Of a DNA stretch of 64,000 nucleotides, positions 51,523 through 64,000 are shown piece after piece. The translations under genes were made by a program, and so were the position numbers. The DNA lies in NCBI RefSeq assembly GCF_037042905.1, contig NC_087251.1:32738001-32802000 (forward strand). The letters run 5' to 3'. The DNA is from Lytechinus pictus. Taxonomy: Eukaryota. Every line of letters starts with the position of its first letter. The stretch's first letter is position 1. The notes below the pieces were generated by a model that worked only from the letters and a program-made list of their open reading frames with translations, was not told where the DNA came from and made no database searches.

Positions 51523-51937
51523 ATGGCGTTTAGTCGGGAGGATCACGGTGTGCAATATGTTGCGAAAATTTTGTTTATGTTGGTCGCTTTCGCCTCAAAG
51601 TCGTCTGCTATAAAAATATCGTTTGCAAGCCAACAACATGGAAGCACGGAACCACCTGTTCATATAAATCTCCACCTCCATTTAGACGGTAACAAGGTGG
51701 TACCAGTACCAGCTCCCAACGAGCAATGCTCCAACCCACCGAAGTACCAGATGCCGAGAGGTCCGGTGATAGACATCGACGCGACACCGATAGCTACTCA
51801 TGAGCTGCAGAAATGGCTGAGCGAGTTTGAGAAGGTCTCGGTGGAAGGAGCGGAGGGAGTTCGGCACACTGTATTGCTTGCTTCTCAAGGCATTGCTCTA
51901 GATGGCATATCCCTTCTTCCAGGATGCGTCGAGGGGC
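51523..51937 (+). CDS. First coding exon of an unidentified protein with probable signal peptide
   Basis: ATG in strong context (acaATGg); 138 open codons that are GC-richer than the flanks; hydrophobic VAKILFMLVAFA followed by S-S-A; donor GGG C|gtaagt at 51938. Confidence 0.8.
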
Positions 51938-53169
51938 GTAAGTAGTTCTTCAATTGATCTAATTTCAGGGAAAGGGGGGGGGGGCGGGGTATATATAGTC
52001 ACTAGTCAGATCTAATGTTAAACTTAACATGTTAAGTTTAAATTTTATGTTGACTGTCATGTCCACCATAGTTTGCACATTTTTAAATGATTAGGTGCCT
52101 ATAAATGATATATTTGATAGTAATGAAAGATCTTGCACAAAAACACCTTTCTTAACTTGGGCCACTGTCTATGACTATGCTGCATTCGGTCAAGAAGTTA
52201 CTCAGTAAGAAGTTGGGGTTGAACGTTGGTGTAAAGTCACAAAGTAACAAATAAATAAAAGAACAAAAGTTTCCATGTACGCTGATTTAAATACCCACCC
52301 ATCTATCCTACATGTAGCCAGGAGGCTCCTAGTAGAGAGTAAAAATCATTCACTAATGAGTAACGTGTGCTTGCTCTCCACGGAGCCAGGGATTTTTATA
52401 CGATGGTTAAAATTGAAATCTTCCCCCCCCAAGATTTCCCTGTAAAAGATCATGTAAATTTATGGGCTAATTGTTAGAACTCCATTTCCGACATTTATAC
52501 ATTATTGTTTTCATTTTAAAACAGATATTCATTAAAAAAGTGAGAAATATATTATGAGAAGACGGGGAAAAAACTTGCAGATGTTTACGCAGCCATCTTG
52601 TTCTCTTTGTTAGTAGCTTAGCTACGAGACACATATAGAGGGCGGCATAATGTTTAAATTGTCATGCTTTCTAAATGAAATTGGAATTTAGGGATGAAAT
52701 TGAGGGTCTCACCCACAGCACCTACCCTGGGTTATAACTCGGAAACTTACACTACCAGTACTAAAAGAGTAATCCATAAAGTAAAAGTTATTTTGGTGAA
52801 ATGGTGTAAAATGATTCCATAATTTGAGTATTAAATGCACAAGGTTTTCATTTCCCTTTTTGTTGATAACCCCCTCCCCCCACAATATATTTTGAATACA
52901 TTATTTTAATGAGTAGTTTTGAAAATATGCAGTCATACCATTAGAACCCAGTGTAAACAATATGATTAAATTGATTTTAAGTTACAAAATACATGTATTT
53001 TTTTAGGCTTTTAAACTCAACAGGTTTTGTAGATTTAAGAATTGCATTTGATACACAATATTTGTTTACAAGAGATTTGTGCAAACACTGATATATTAAA
53101 TCAAACAAGTGAATGTACATATGAGGCTGGAGTGTAACCACTGTGTCAATCAGGTATTAAAGTTAGTTG

Positions 53170-54094
53170 TTTATTATTTATTTATTTATTTCAAAATATT
53201 TATTCAGGATAAAAACATGTATCAGCACAATGGCTGTTTTACATCATGGTCCTGAAGGACAAAATGCAATCAGTAAAATAAATTCAATATTCATAAGATT
53301 AATATACAAGCAACAAAATAGATATAAGACAAACAAAATAGCAAAACTTAAGAGTACGACAAAAATTTTGAATCAAGAGAAATGTGATAAGTCGAGTTTG
53401 ATAGTAGAAACAATTGTTTGAATGTCAGTGAAATAGAAACGACTGAGGATTGAGCAATAGTCGACTCCGGGGATGGAGCGAAAATAGGGGGGATGGGACT
53501 CATGGGAGTCAGAAAGAAATGAAACAAGAAATTGAAAAACAATGAGAAGAGGAATATTAAGAAGGAGAATATTGAACCAAACTCAAAATATTAAATTAAT
53601 ATGACTAACATTTAAAATATAATTTAAAAAGTAAACATGATTATTCTATTCATTGTAAAAGAAACCCATCTGATTAAAGAGTAATATCAATCTTATTCAA
53701 AAATATTTTTGTTTATAATTTCTCTTCGCGTCTCAAAGTCTTGCCATTTTAAATCTTTAAATAATTTTGAAACACTAATATCACGTACACCATAATTCTT
53801 AGTGACTATACGAGAAGCTCTTTTTTAAATCCGTTTGATAAGATTACGATTTTTCGTTGAACAATTTCCCCACACAGAGCTTCCATAATCAATGACAGGT
53901 TGGATGGAGGATTTGAAAAGGGTATTCAGTAAATGGGTATTTAACGTACTACTAAGCTTACGCAACATATACACTTTGTAAGAAAGGTTTTTACACAACT
54001 GTTTAATGTGCTCATCCCAAGTCAAATGAGAATCAATATTAACACCAAGGTATCTAGTAGAACTGACTTGTTCAAGTTTTGTGCCATTTAAGAA
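53170..54094 (-). pseudogene. Decayed non-LTR retrotransposon (CR1/L2-clade) ORF2 C-terminal fragment and 3' tail
   Basis: Minus strand from 54094 reads FLNGTKLEQVSSTRYLGVNIDSHLTWDEHIKQLCKNLSYKVYMLRKL...SIQPVIDYGSSVWG...IKRI*KRASRIV, an RT thumb-region signature with an in-frame stop; (aaat)n-type tail near 53170. Confidence 0.85.
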
Positions 54095-54095
54095 T

Positions 54096-54769
54096 GGGTG
54101 ATTTCAAGGACGGTGTTGAAATCTGGTGTTGGTGTTGTGACAACACCAACACTAGCCACAACACCGTACTTGAAATCAGGCTGGTGTTGGGATTGACCTT
54201 GGAAAATATGACGTATTTCCGGCAGATCGTGTTGAATGCTGGTGTTGAATGTCGTCTGCTGAACCCAGCACTGCGGCTGGTGTTGACGATCTATGTGCAA
54301 TTTCCCCATTCACCAACACCAACCCCCAGGGATTGGGAAAATCATGATTTCAAGTTCGGTGTTGGTGTTGGTGTTGGCAATCTCAAGCTCTTGAACAGGC
54401 GGCGAACACGATGAAACATCCCCGTAAAATTAGCTTTTACAGTTTAGCTAAGTACAAATCATTTGAGCTGTATATATTTTGATGAAGAATAATGTTCACT
54501 CTTTTGAATTCTTGAATTAATTAAAACATTTGTATTCTGAACGATGAGCATTTAATGCATTTCTCTCAGATTTCATTTTCGTCGTCGAGACTTATCGCGT
54601 GAAGTTGAGATGATTTAGCAGCGCAGCGCAGAGGTGTGACGTTATGTGCTATCGATAACGCAATCGGTATCATTCCTCTGAACCCAGCTCGGTGTTGGAG
54701 CTCGGTTCAGCGGCCTTTTTACGCTCTCAACACCAACACCAACACCGAACACCGAACTTGAAGTCACCC
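54096..54769. mobile_element. TIR element with 3-bp AAT TSD (PIF/Harbinger-like) rich in ggtgtt/aacacc repeats
   Basis: AAT|gggtgatttcaag...cttgaagtcaccc|AAT. Confidence 0.82.
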
Positions 54770-54775
54770 AATCTA

Positions 54776-55202
54776 AATGTCAAGCCCACCCCAGAAAAAA
54801 TGTTGATTTTAATCAATAGAGAAAAATCAAACAAGCATAATGCAAAAACTTTCATCAAAATCAGATGTAAAATAAGAAAGTTATGACATTTCATAAAAAC
54901 TTTGCTTATTTTTCACAAAACAGTTATATGCACAAATCAGCGACATGCAAGTTAGAGAGTCAATGATGTCCACCACTCACTTTTTCTTTTGTGTTTCTTT
55001 GTTTGAATTATAAATACAATATTTCAATTTTTACCAATTTGACATATAAGGACCAACACCAACTTTACTGGACCAAAAAATATAACAATGGTAATACCAA
55101 ATGTTCAGGGAGGAATAATACTTTGTTTCACCGGAAAACGGGGAGAAAATTTGAATAGGCCCTACTTCATATTTCATATAATAAAATACAAAAGAAATAG
55201 TG
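54776..55202 (+). mobile_element. 3'-truncated copy of the 10485-11069 Kolobok-like MITE
   Basis: gtcaagcccaccccagaaaaaatgttgatt...ataaaatacaaaagaaatagtg. Confidence 0.8.
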
Positions 55203-56268
55203 GTGGTGGAGGGGGGGGGGGGGAAGCGGAGAGGGTATGGGAAAGCAGTCCATACGAAGTCTATGGCAAAGACGCATTTCATATTTCAAACATGAATAAC
55301 TTTGGTATACAGGGGGTTTGATTTTGGTTTCATTTTAAAGCTTGATGTGACTAGTATAATAATGAAACACTTGACACAATTTATTTCAATTAATTAATTG
55401 TAATTAACAATAATTGATTAAGAAAACCTCCCAAATCTGTATAAAGTCACCAAAAATTTATTGTACAGGAACTCATTATGATGTGATTTTTTACTCTCCA
55501 TATGGAGACGTATTGTAATGAAATTGGTGTCATTTGAAAGCTGAGTTTAAGCTGTATTAGGATAAACAGTATCAGTTTATATGCATATCGATTTGCGATG
55601 CTGCGTTTTATATCACAAATAAGGGAAATTGAGGGGTGGTTGTAGCAGTACACATACATGTAACATAAGCTTGAATAACTTTGATTTTCAAGGGGTTAGA
55701 CCTTTGATTTTGGTCTCATTTTACAGCTAAATATAACAGGTATGTAGCAATACACCTCTATACACACCACAGAATCATTAATTAATTATAGTTTATAGAA
55801 ATTTAAAGTATAAACTCATGAAACAATGTCCATTTTAGATATTTGAAATTTACATAAATTTGCATATAAAACTTATCTTGATGAAATGAATGATTCCCCA
55901 TAAGTTATAAATAAAAGGGGATTTCTTGAGCAATACAAATAATATGTTTAATAAGTAATGGTATGGGCAAAGATGGGGAAAGAATGGATGTTTGAAAAAA
56001 AAAGTGTATTAGGGGTCCTAAAAAATCAAAAATGTTCACTAATAAGATGTGAGCAGTACCTCACTACATGTACATGTTCCTCATTTTAATGCTGTTTTTG
56101 AATTCCTCACAAAATTTTCTTTCAGAAAAAGTATACTTTTGTATGGATAGGGATAGGGTAAATAATTTTAAAGTTATAATCATTTTAATAACGAAATGTG
56201 CTCTATCATTAGATTTTGGTGACGTAACACAATTAGGGCGAGTTCAAGATGCATGGCAATATCATTAA

Positions 56269-56825
56269 AAGTCAAGTCCACCCCAGAAAAATATTGATTT
56301 GAATAAATAGAGAAAAATCAAACTAGCATAACGCTGAAAATTTCATCAAAATCGGATGGAAAATAAAAAAGTTTTGACATTTTATAGTTTCCCTTATTTT
56401 TCACAACAGTAATATGCACATCTCTGTGGCATGCAAATGAGACAGTCGATGATGTCCCCCACTCACCTTTTTTTTTGTTTTTTTATTGTTTGAATTATAC
56501 AATATTTCATTTTTTGCTGATTTGACAATAAGGACCAACTTGACTGAACCATTTAGTATTAAACAATGCTAATTCCTCAAGTTCAGGGAGGAATTAATTG
56601 TTGTTTCACTTGACAATGAGGAGAAAATAAGAATATTTCATACAATAAATACAAAAGAAATAGTGAGTGGATGACGTCAGCAGTCTCCTCATTTGCATAT
56701 CGACCAGGATGTACATATAACTGTTTTCTTATTTTACATTCGATTTTGATGAAATTTTCAGTGTTATGCTTGTTTGATTTTTCTCATTTTATTCAAATCA
56801 ACTTTTGTTGGGGTGGACTTGTCCT
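56269..56825. mobile_element. Near full-length copy of the 10485-11069 Kolobok-like MITE
   Basis: TTAA|aagtcaagtccacccc...ggggtggacttgtcct|TTAA. Confidence 0.9.
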
Positions 56826-57429
56826 TTAAATTAAAAAACCAGTTGCATTAAGTCCAGCATAATTCAGCTTTACATGTTGAAACACCCCGGTTATATGTAC
56901 TCCAGTGATTAGCAGTGGAGGTTCCCAGACTATCCAGGCTCCCACTGTTCCCCCCCCCCCCTCTCTGAGTACCACTTTACTGAATTATTGATCTTACATG
57001 TAATTAGCTGAGTGCTTTGCTACCACACTGGAATTGCTCATGTATTATTTGCAGAGTTTTGTGATATATTGGTAATTTTAACTTTTAATAACATGTGTAA
57101 AAAAAGATAATTGAAATTTTCCATTGCATTTGATGTCTGTGTGGATTGGAGTGATATTGTTTTGTTGTTTTACATGCTGGCTTGGGATTTACATCAGAAT
57201 GAAGTTGATTAGATTAAAAAATAATATTCTTAATGGGTATAACTCATCATCGTATTCACTGAAGCATATACAGTATGTATACTGTATAGTGCTTTGCACT
57301 TTATCAGCCAAATTAAAAAAGTAATTTCCCTACTGAGGTATTTTTTGGTCATTTTAATACAATTTACAATTTATTTAAAGTAGAAATATATTGCAAATCC
57401 TAAAAATTGAGAATTATATATCAAATTAA

Positions 57430-59417
57430 AGGAGAAAATTAAAAGAACACGATGGTGTAAATAATTTATCATGGAGACCGATGAAACTCAGTTAATTGAT
57501 AGTTTAAAGTTCTCTCTCTGAATGCTTAAAACACGCAGAATTACGTCCGCGAAATTGGGGATTTTTGATGACGTGCATGAGTCTACGAGGGACGTGATTG
57601 GCCCTCCCACGTCAAGCTCCACTTGCATGGAAAACCTGTTGCGAGGGTACGTTTAATTTCTCCACACTGTCACTGAATACTTCGATCATGAAATGAAAGA
57701 AAACCCAGAAGTTTATCTAGATTTGGATTTTCAAATTGATGATTATGAAGATGAAGAGAATGATGATGAAGTTTCTAGCTCTAGAAAAACAAAGTGACGT
57801 GGATCGAGGTATACACATTACGGGAATTACGCCGGTGATTATGAGTCGGACAATTCAACTTGCATGCCGATTCGCTACCAACACATGCAGCTGATAGCTG
57901 CTCCGCGGGTCAAATCCATGAAAATGAATTCCATCACGACCACATCCAGACAGAGTCTCTTTCTTCTATCAACAACATAATAAGAATGAAAATAATGATA
58001 TAACTGTACTTACAAACAAGTGAATATATCCGAACCTAGGCTGAAGGTAAATCAACTCAAGGAATAACAGCAGACGATATGCACCGACGATGAATTTCAC
58101 GTGGCTGGAATAGATCGTCACTCGTTCTGTTTAGATAAAATTTCTATCTCATTATTTTGACTAAATTACGAAACTCGGAGAATTAGTATTCTACATAAAA
58201 ATTAAGTAACACCTGATACTATTTTTTGAATTACGATAAAACCTTTTTGAAGCAAAGAAAATGAGGTAAATTAAAATTAGATATAAAATATAATCTGCCT
58301 AGCTCGCATTCGATTGTAAACAATCAGCAAGGCGAGCACGTAGAGTTGGATAAAGCTACGCTTTATCCAACCATGTGTAGTAGGTCCATGATCCAACTCT
58401 ATGGGCAAGCAAGCCACTGAACTGAAAATACGTATTTTCAGTTCAGTGGAGCAAGCTGGCCATGTGCTTTTGATTGTTTACAATCGCATGCGGCTAAGTG
58501 GATGATCCTTTATATCTTATTTTAATTTACCTCAATTTCTTTGCTTCAAAAATATTTTATCGTAATTCAAAAAATAGTATCAGGTGTTACTTAATTTTTA
58601 TGTAGAATACTAATTCTCTGAGTTTCGTAATTTAGTCAAAATAATGAGATAGAAATTTTATCTAACAGAACGAGTGACGATCTATTCCAGCCACGTGAAA
58701 TTCATCGTCTGTGCATATCGTCTGCTGCTATTCCTTGAGTTGATTTACCTTCAGCCTAGGTTCGGATATACTGTATTCACTTATTTGTAAGTACAGTTAT
58801 TTTATTATTTTCCTTCTCATTATGTTGTTGATAGAGGAAAGAGACTCGGTCTGGATGTGGTCATGCTGCATGGAATTCATTTTCATGGATTTGACCCGCG
58901 GTGCAGCTATAGCAGCTGCATGCGTTGGTAGCGAATCGGCTTGCAAGTTGAATTTTCCGACTCATCATCACCGGCGTAATTCCCTTAATTTACCACCATC
59001 CACGTCACTTTGTTTTTCTAGAGTTAGAAACTTTATCATCATTCTCTTCATCTTCATAATCATCAATTTGAAAATCCAAATCTAGATAAACTACTGGGTT
59101 TTCTTTCATTTCATGATCGAAGTATTCAGTGTCAGTGTGGAGAAAACGTACACTCGCAACAGGTTTTGCATGCAAGTGGAGCTTGACGTGGGAGAGCCAA
59201 TCACGCCTCTCGTACAGACAGTGACGTCATAAAATTCGAGTCAATTCAGAGACCGATGCGAGGCATATTTCGGAGAGGCATTTTAGCGCTTTTTAATTGG
59301 CGATTTCCACCTTATGTATTATTTTCGTTATTTTGAATGACCTAATGGTAATCCTCACATCATTACCTTTCCACTGATATATAATAAGACCATATTCATA
59401 ATCAATATATTTCTCCT
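57430..59417. mobile_element. ~2 kb TTAA-flanked foldback element (Kolobok-like) with ~750-bp internal inverted arms
   Basis: TTAA|aggagaaa...tttctcct|TTAA; ~57584-58326 is the reverse complement of ~58471-59214 at high identity. Confidence 0.88.
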
Positions 59418-59579
59418 TTAATGGAAATCATCGAATTTCCCCCTGAATACATGTATGTACAGGTAGAAAGTATGCAATGAAGTATCTACTAGAATAAGAG
59501 TTTTTTTTCAATTCAGTACACCATTTGATCTATAATTACTACAGTATAAAAAGGAATTATTGTAAAGTAAAATTAGAAG

Positions 59580-61015
59580 TAAAAATCTAACCAAGGTTAA
59601 GTGTTTGAATTAATCTAGATTAATCCTTCACTTATGGGCGCCGCTATTCTGACGGCGGCAGCAACGTCAACATTGAAGTTTTAACCTAAGGTTCAGTTTT
59701 TGAAATGTCATAACATAGAAAGTATATAAATCTAGTTCATGAAACTTGTACATAATGTTAATCAAGTATTACTAAACGTCCTGTTTTAGTTTCAGGTCAT
59801 ATGACCAAGGTCAAAGGTCATTTAGGGTCAATGAACTTGGACCATGCTGGGGGAATCAACATCGAAATTTTAACCAAGGTTAAGTTTTTGAAATGTCATC
59901 ATAACTTAGAAAGTATATATGGATCTTGTCCATGAAACTTGGACATGAGGGTAATGGTGTATTACTGAACATCTTGCCTGAGTTTAAGGTCACACAACCA
60001 AGGTCAAAGGTCATAGGGTCAATGTTTTGGGTATTGAATTTCCATCATAACATAACATTGAGATTTTATTGTCTCCCCTGAATAGCAGAGCAAGACTATA
60101 GGCGCCGCTTTTCGAAATCTAACCAAGGTTAAGTGTTTGAAATGTTATAAATTTGAAAGTATATGGACCTTATGGTAGTTTTAAAACTTAGAGACATAAG
60201 GGTAATAGTGTATCACTGAAGATCCTGCCTGAGTTTCAGGTCACATGATTAAGGTCAAAGGTCACTTAGGGTCAACAAACTTTGGCCATGTTGGGGTTTT
60301 TTGAGAAATTGTCATAACTTTAAAATTTTATGGATGTAGTTCATGAAACTTGGACATAAGAACAACCATGTATCCCTGAATATCATGTGCGAGTTTCAGG
60401 TACATGACCAAGGTCAAAAATCACTTCAGGTCAATGAACCTTGGACATGTTGGGGGTATTTGAGGAATTGTCATAACTTTCAAATTTTATGGATCTATTT
60501 CATGAAACTTGAACATAAGAGCAATCAAGTATCCTTGATCATCCAATGCGAGTTTCAGGTAACATGACCAAGGTCAAAGGTCATTTAGGGTAAAAAAACT
60601 TGAGTAATATTAGGGATATTTGTGGAATCGTCATCATAACTTAAAAAGTTTATGGATCTAGTTCATGAAACTTGGACATAACAGTAAGCAAGTATCACTG
60701 AACATCGTGTTCGGGTTTCAGGTCACTTGACCAAGGTCAAAGGTTATTTAGGGTCAACAACAAAACCTTATGGTTAAGTTTTTAAAATACCATCATAAAT
60801 TTAAAAGTATAGATCTACATGTAGTTCATGAAACTTGGATGTAAGAGTAATAAAGTATCAGTGAACATCCTGAAAGAGATTCAGGTCATGTGACCAAGGT
60901 CAAAGGTCATTTAAGGTCAATGAAGTTTGGCTATGTTTGTATTTGTTGAATTGCCTTCATAACTTTGAAAATGGATCTTGTTCATGAAATGTGGACATAA
61001 GGGTAATCAAGTATA
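59580..61015 (+). mobile_element. Compound/nested HINE-like elements with 163-bp tandem array (family of 35219-36053)
   Basis: Head-like motifs at ~59632 and 60071 (gtctcccctgaatagcagagcaagactataggcgccgctttt); aggtcaaaggt(c/t)a at 60571, 60734, 60897 (163-bp period). Confidence 0.85.
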
Positions 61016-61276
61016 ACCATCTTTTTTTTCAGAACGGCTTCATATCTAACTAATAATTCATGTTCCTGATAATTGATTATTTATGAAAACAATAAAAACA
61101 TAATTAAAAAAATTAAAAAAGAATAAACGAAAAAAAAAAAAAAAAAAATAATAATAATATGCATGAATACAAAAAAGAAATCAGTTTTAAAAATAAATTG
61201 TGCAATTCTATTTGTTAAAAAAAAAATTGTTCTTTGGAATGAAATATGTTATGTTCTTCCTTTTTTTCTCCTTAAT

Positions 61277-61520
61277 AGGTAAAGTCAACCTCAAACTGAC
61301 TTGAATAAATAAAGAAAAATCATACGTTCATAGAGTTCTTCATTTTTGCACATGTATATATTATTTCAGATGGAAAATAAAGTTATATTATGATTATTTT
61401 CACAAAGCAATTCAATACATCTACATGTATAGTATATAATGGTTGGAATGCACATGAGGGGATTAATGATGTCATGCACTCACTTTATCCTTTGTATTTT
61501 ATTATTTGAATTATCACATA
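61277..61520 (+). mobile_element. Highly degenerate copy of the Kolobok-like MITE family
   Basis: aggtaaagtcaacctc..gacttgaataaataaagaaaaatca...gatgtcatgcactcac..tttgtattttattatttgaattat. Confidence 0.55.
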
Positions 61521-61912
61521 TTCCGATTTATCCTGTATGATAAATCTTCGTAGAACATGGCTATATTAATTCCAAGGCCACCAACTACCACGGTCAGGGA
61601 TGCCCGTTTGATTTGCTCCATTGTCCTTCTCACTGGCCTTCGAGATTCATCGTGCCCTTTTTATTTGTTTTTCTATCTGTGCTGTATTTTTAACACTAAA
61701 ATTAATTTTCATGTGTATTACGTTAAAATTTATTTATTATCAATATTTGCTCTAAAAAGTAAAATGTACATGTAGATGACTATTAAGACATTTTTGCCTC
61801 CCCCCAAAAAAAGAACTTTATCTTTTTCTCCTTTGTTATAATGAGGGGGGGATACTTGCAATAGCAAATTGATAATTACTGATATGAAATAAATACTTTG
61901 TTTTGTTTACAG

Positions 61913-62040
61913 AGGCCGGAGATCCGATGGGAATAAGTGAAGATGGAGAGGATCTACTTGGTTTAGGATTGTGTGGGTCTAAACTTCCCATATTAGCTGG
62001 ACTGGGAGATAACAATCAAATTGAAATTCAAAGCGTAAAG
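61913..62040 (+). CDS. Next coding exon of the same unidentified gene (gene continues past window end)
   Basis: ttttgtttacag|AG GCC GGA...GTA AAG|gtaaag; phase-1 junction C+AG=Gln joins exon 51523-51937 in frame; QAGDPMGISEDGEDLLGLGLCGSKLPILAGLGDNNQIEIQSVK. Confidence 0.75.
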
Positions 62041-62957
62041 GTAAAGTCAACACAGTTTTCATATGTGCAATTAATCATTTTGTTTCCTTGATATCCAATT
62101 CCTGTCAATACAAATTTTCCTTTTATGTCCCTGCAGAAAACTACATGTAAGCGTGTGCATATTAATGTACATAAATGTTTTTAAAAATTTCCCAGTGTAC
62201 CTATATTTAAATCACAGGTTAAGCATTTTTGATCTTCCATATTGTCCAAGTTAAAGCAGTTTTTAAGACAATATTATGCAAAACATGTGTTATTATAATA
62301 ACTCCTCTAATTTGAAAGTTCTCTTACATAAGCCTAAGGTGGAAATATTTCTTTGGACCTTAGACCACATTGAGCAAATCATGTGTTATGTAACACTTCT
62401 AATTTGAAATTCTCCTGTTAAAGGCGAACAGAGTAATGGGGTCCCAATATATTTGACTAGGAAAAAATTACCTGTATGGACAAATACATGTACACATTCA
62501 GACTCGGTGATCCTATACAGACCATTCTCACACTTCAAAGTACTCAGTTACAAACTGCACAGCTCTCTAATAGTTCACCAAAACTGACCTTTGTTCTGAT
62601 AAAATTCTTTATTTTTTAAATGATTATATTCAGTGAACCATGTCGGGATAGTCGGGATAGTCACAATTCAACCATGATAATTTATAGTTTATGAATGGAT
62701 ACATACGTACACATTTCATGCTATCAATCTATTCACCAAACTGTTTGGGCGACGTGTACCATGTACATCTATTCATGAGCTCTTTGTATAGTATTTCTCC
62801 CATCTGTGTACACTAATATAGTTCACACAGGTGCCACTATAGTCAACCACTCTGCACTGTAAGATCCGAATGATGAATGTCCTGCTCTTCATGTAAAATC
62901 TTTACTATGAAATACTTTGAAAATGTAAATCATACAAATTCTGATTCTTTGCAGTAA

Positions 62958-63121
62958 TACCTTGGTCACATTTGCTCTACGGCGACTGTATGGCAAGTCG
63001 AAAACAGCCGTTCTAACATTATTTGCACCAGCTACATATAGGTGGTTTGAAAACAAAAATCAATAAAACGGCTGTTTTCGACCTGCCGTACGGCGGCCGT
63101 AGAGCAAATGTGACCGAGGTA
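62958..63121. mobile_element. Palindromic Harbinger-like MITE
   Basis: TAA|taccttggtcacatttgctctacggc...gccgtagagcaaatgtgaccgaggta|TAA. Confidence 0.9.
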
Positions 63122-63255
63122 TAACACATACTGTAGGTTCTTGATCATTTCTGTCGGGTCATAGTGTACCAAAGAAAAAAATGATTGAAAGATTAAAAAA
63201 TTTTCTTGATTTTTATAGAACACTGATGGATTTCCATACATATGAGGTTGATCAG

Positions 63256-63563
63256 GGCCCTGTCTTACAAAGAGTTACGATTGATCCGATCAATCGTAAC
63301 TCTATGGAAATCCATTAGTGTCATAATTATTTCTACAAAAAAATTTGCACCATGTCCGTTGTATGCAAAGAGAAGCGTAGTGAATTTTCAAGAAAACAAT
63401 GCATGCATGAATATACATCATCCATGTAGCTAGAAAATATTTTGAACAATTATGCATAATACATGTTGACGTTGCGGCCGTCCGTAGTTGCTATTGATCT
63501 GATCATGTAACTCTTTGTAAGACGGTGGCCCAGATCAATCGTAACTCTTTGTAAGATGGGGTC
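63256..63563. mobile_element. Harbinger-like MITE with duplicated right terminus
   Basis: CAG|ggccctgtcttacaaagagttacgattgatc...gtaactctttgtaagacggtggcc|CAG followed by a second atcaatcgtaactctttgtaagatggggtc|CAG. Confidence 0.82.
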
Positions 63564-63609
63564 CAGGTGGACCAAAGACAAATTGAAGGAAATATCTGCT
63601 AGAATTTTT

Positions 63610-64000
63610 GTCTCGCCTGCATAGCAGAGCGAGACTATAGGTGCCGCTTTTCCGACTGCGACGGCAGGGACGGCGGGGCGGCCGCGTCAACATCAAATCT
63701 TAACCTAAGGTTAAGTTTTTGAAATTACATCATAACTTAGAAAGTATATGGACCTAGTTCATTAAACTTGGGCATAAGATTAATCAAGTATTAGTGAACA
63801 TCCTGCTCGAGTTTCAGGTCACGTGACCAAGGTCAAAGGTCATTTAGGGTCAATGAACTTTGGTCAAGTTGGGGGTATTTGTTGAATTACTATCATAACT
63901 TTGAAAATTTATGGATCTAGTTCATGAAACTTGGACATAAGATTAATCAAGTATTAGTGAACATCCTGCCTGAGTTTCAGGTCACATGACCAAGGTCAAA
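63610..64000 (+). mobile_element. HINE-like element with 163-bp repeats, runs off window end
   Basis: ttttt|gtctcgcctgcatagcagagcgagactatagg; aggtcaaa at 63830 and 63993. Confidence 0.88.

Noticed and set aside
54079..54886. ORFs 54079-54414, 54088-54309 and 54692-54886 as transposase
   Set aside because: They arise from ggtgtt/aacacc repeats in a non-autonomous element; no DDE or other domain motifs.
57693..57797. Short acidic ORF MKENPEVYLDLDFQIDDYEDEENDDEVSSSRKTK in the foldback arm
   Set aside because: Only 34 codons inside a repeat; it could be a relic of an element ORF start but cannot be supported.
51523..62040. Assigning a gene symbol (e.g. a TPR protein such as TTC13) to the second gene
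   Set aside because: Only a vague recollected resemblance; no diagnostic motif in the window.

Overview
AT-rich, intron-containing animal genomic DNA. The repeat families and gene structure look echinoderm/sea-urchin-like (inference; no taxonomic marker is present). Two spliced + strand genes can be built by hand with GT-AG junctions and matching intron phases. (1) The 3' part of a mixed-lineage kinase (MLK, MAP3K9/10/11/21 family): 8 exons at 10318-34631, about 750 codons, covering the kinase C-lobe, leucine zipper, CRIB motif and a long His/Gln-rich tail. Its SH3 and N-lobe exons lie upstream of the window. (2) The first two exons of an unidentified gene with a probable signal peptide (51523-51937, 61913-62040), which continues beyond the window. 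The rest is intron/intergenic DNA dense in non-autonomous transposons: TTAA/Kolobok-like, Harbinger-like, Tc1/mariner-like, CACT(A/G)-like, hAT-like and Helentron/HINE-like elements, tRNA-derived SINEs, a decayed LINE and minisatellites. Most ORF-track entries are spurious. The most unusual items are a ~2 kb TTAA-flanked foldback element with a branched hairpin centre, TA-N3/4-TA transposon excision footprints visible by comparing sister repeat copies, 163-bp arrays carrying nuclear-receptor DR1 motifs, and a candidate intronic promoter that could give a kinase-less MLK isoform. I found no autonomous transposase, CRISPR array or clearly novel coding system.
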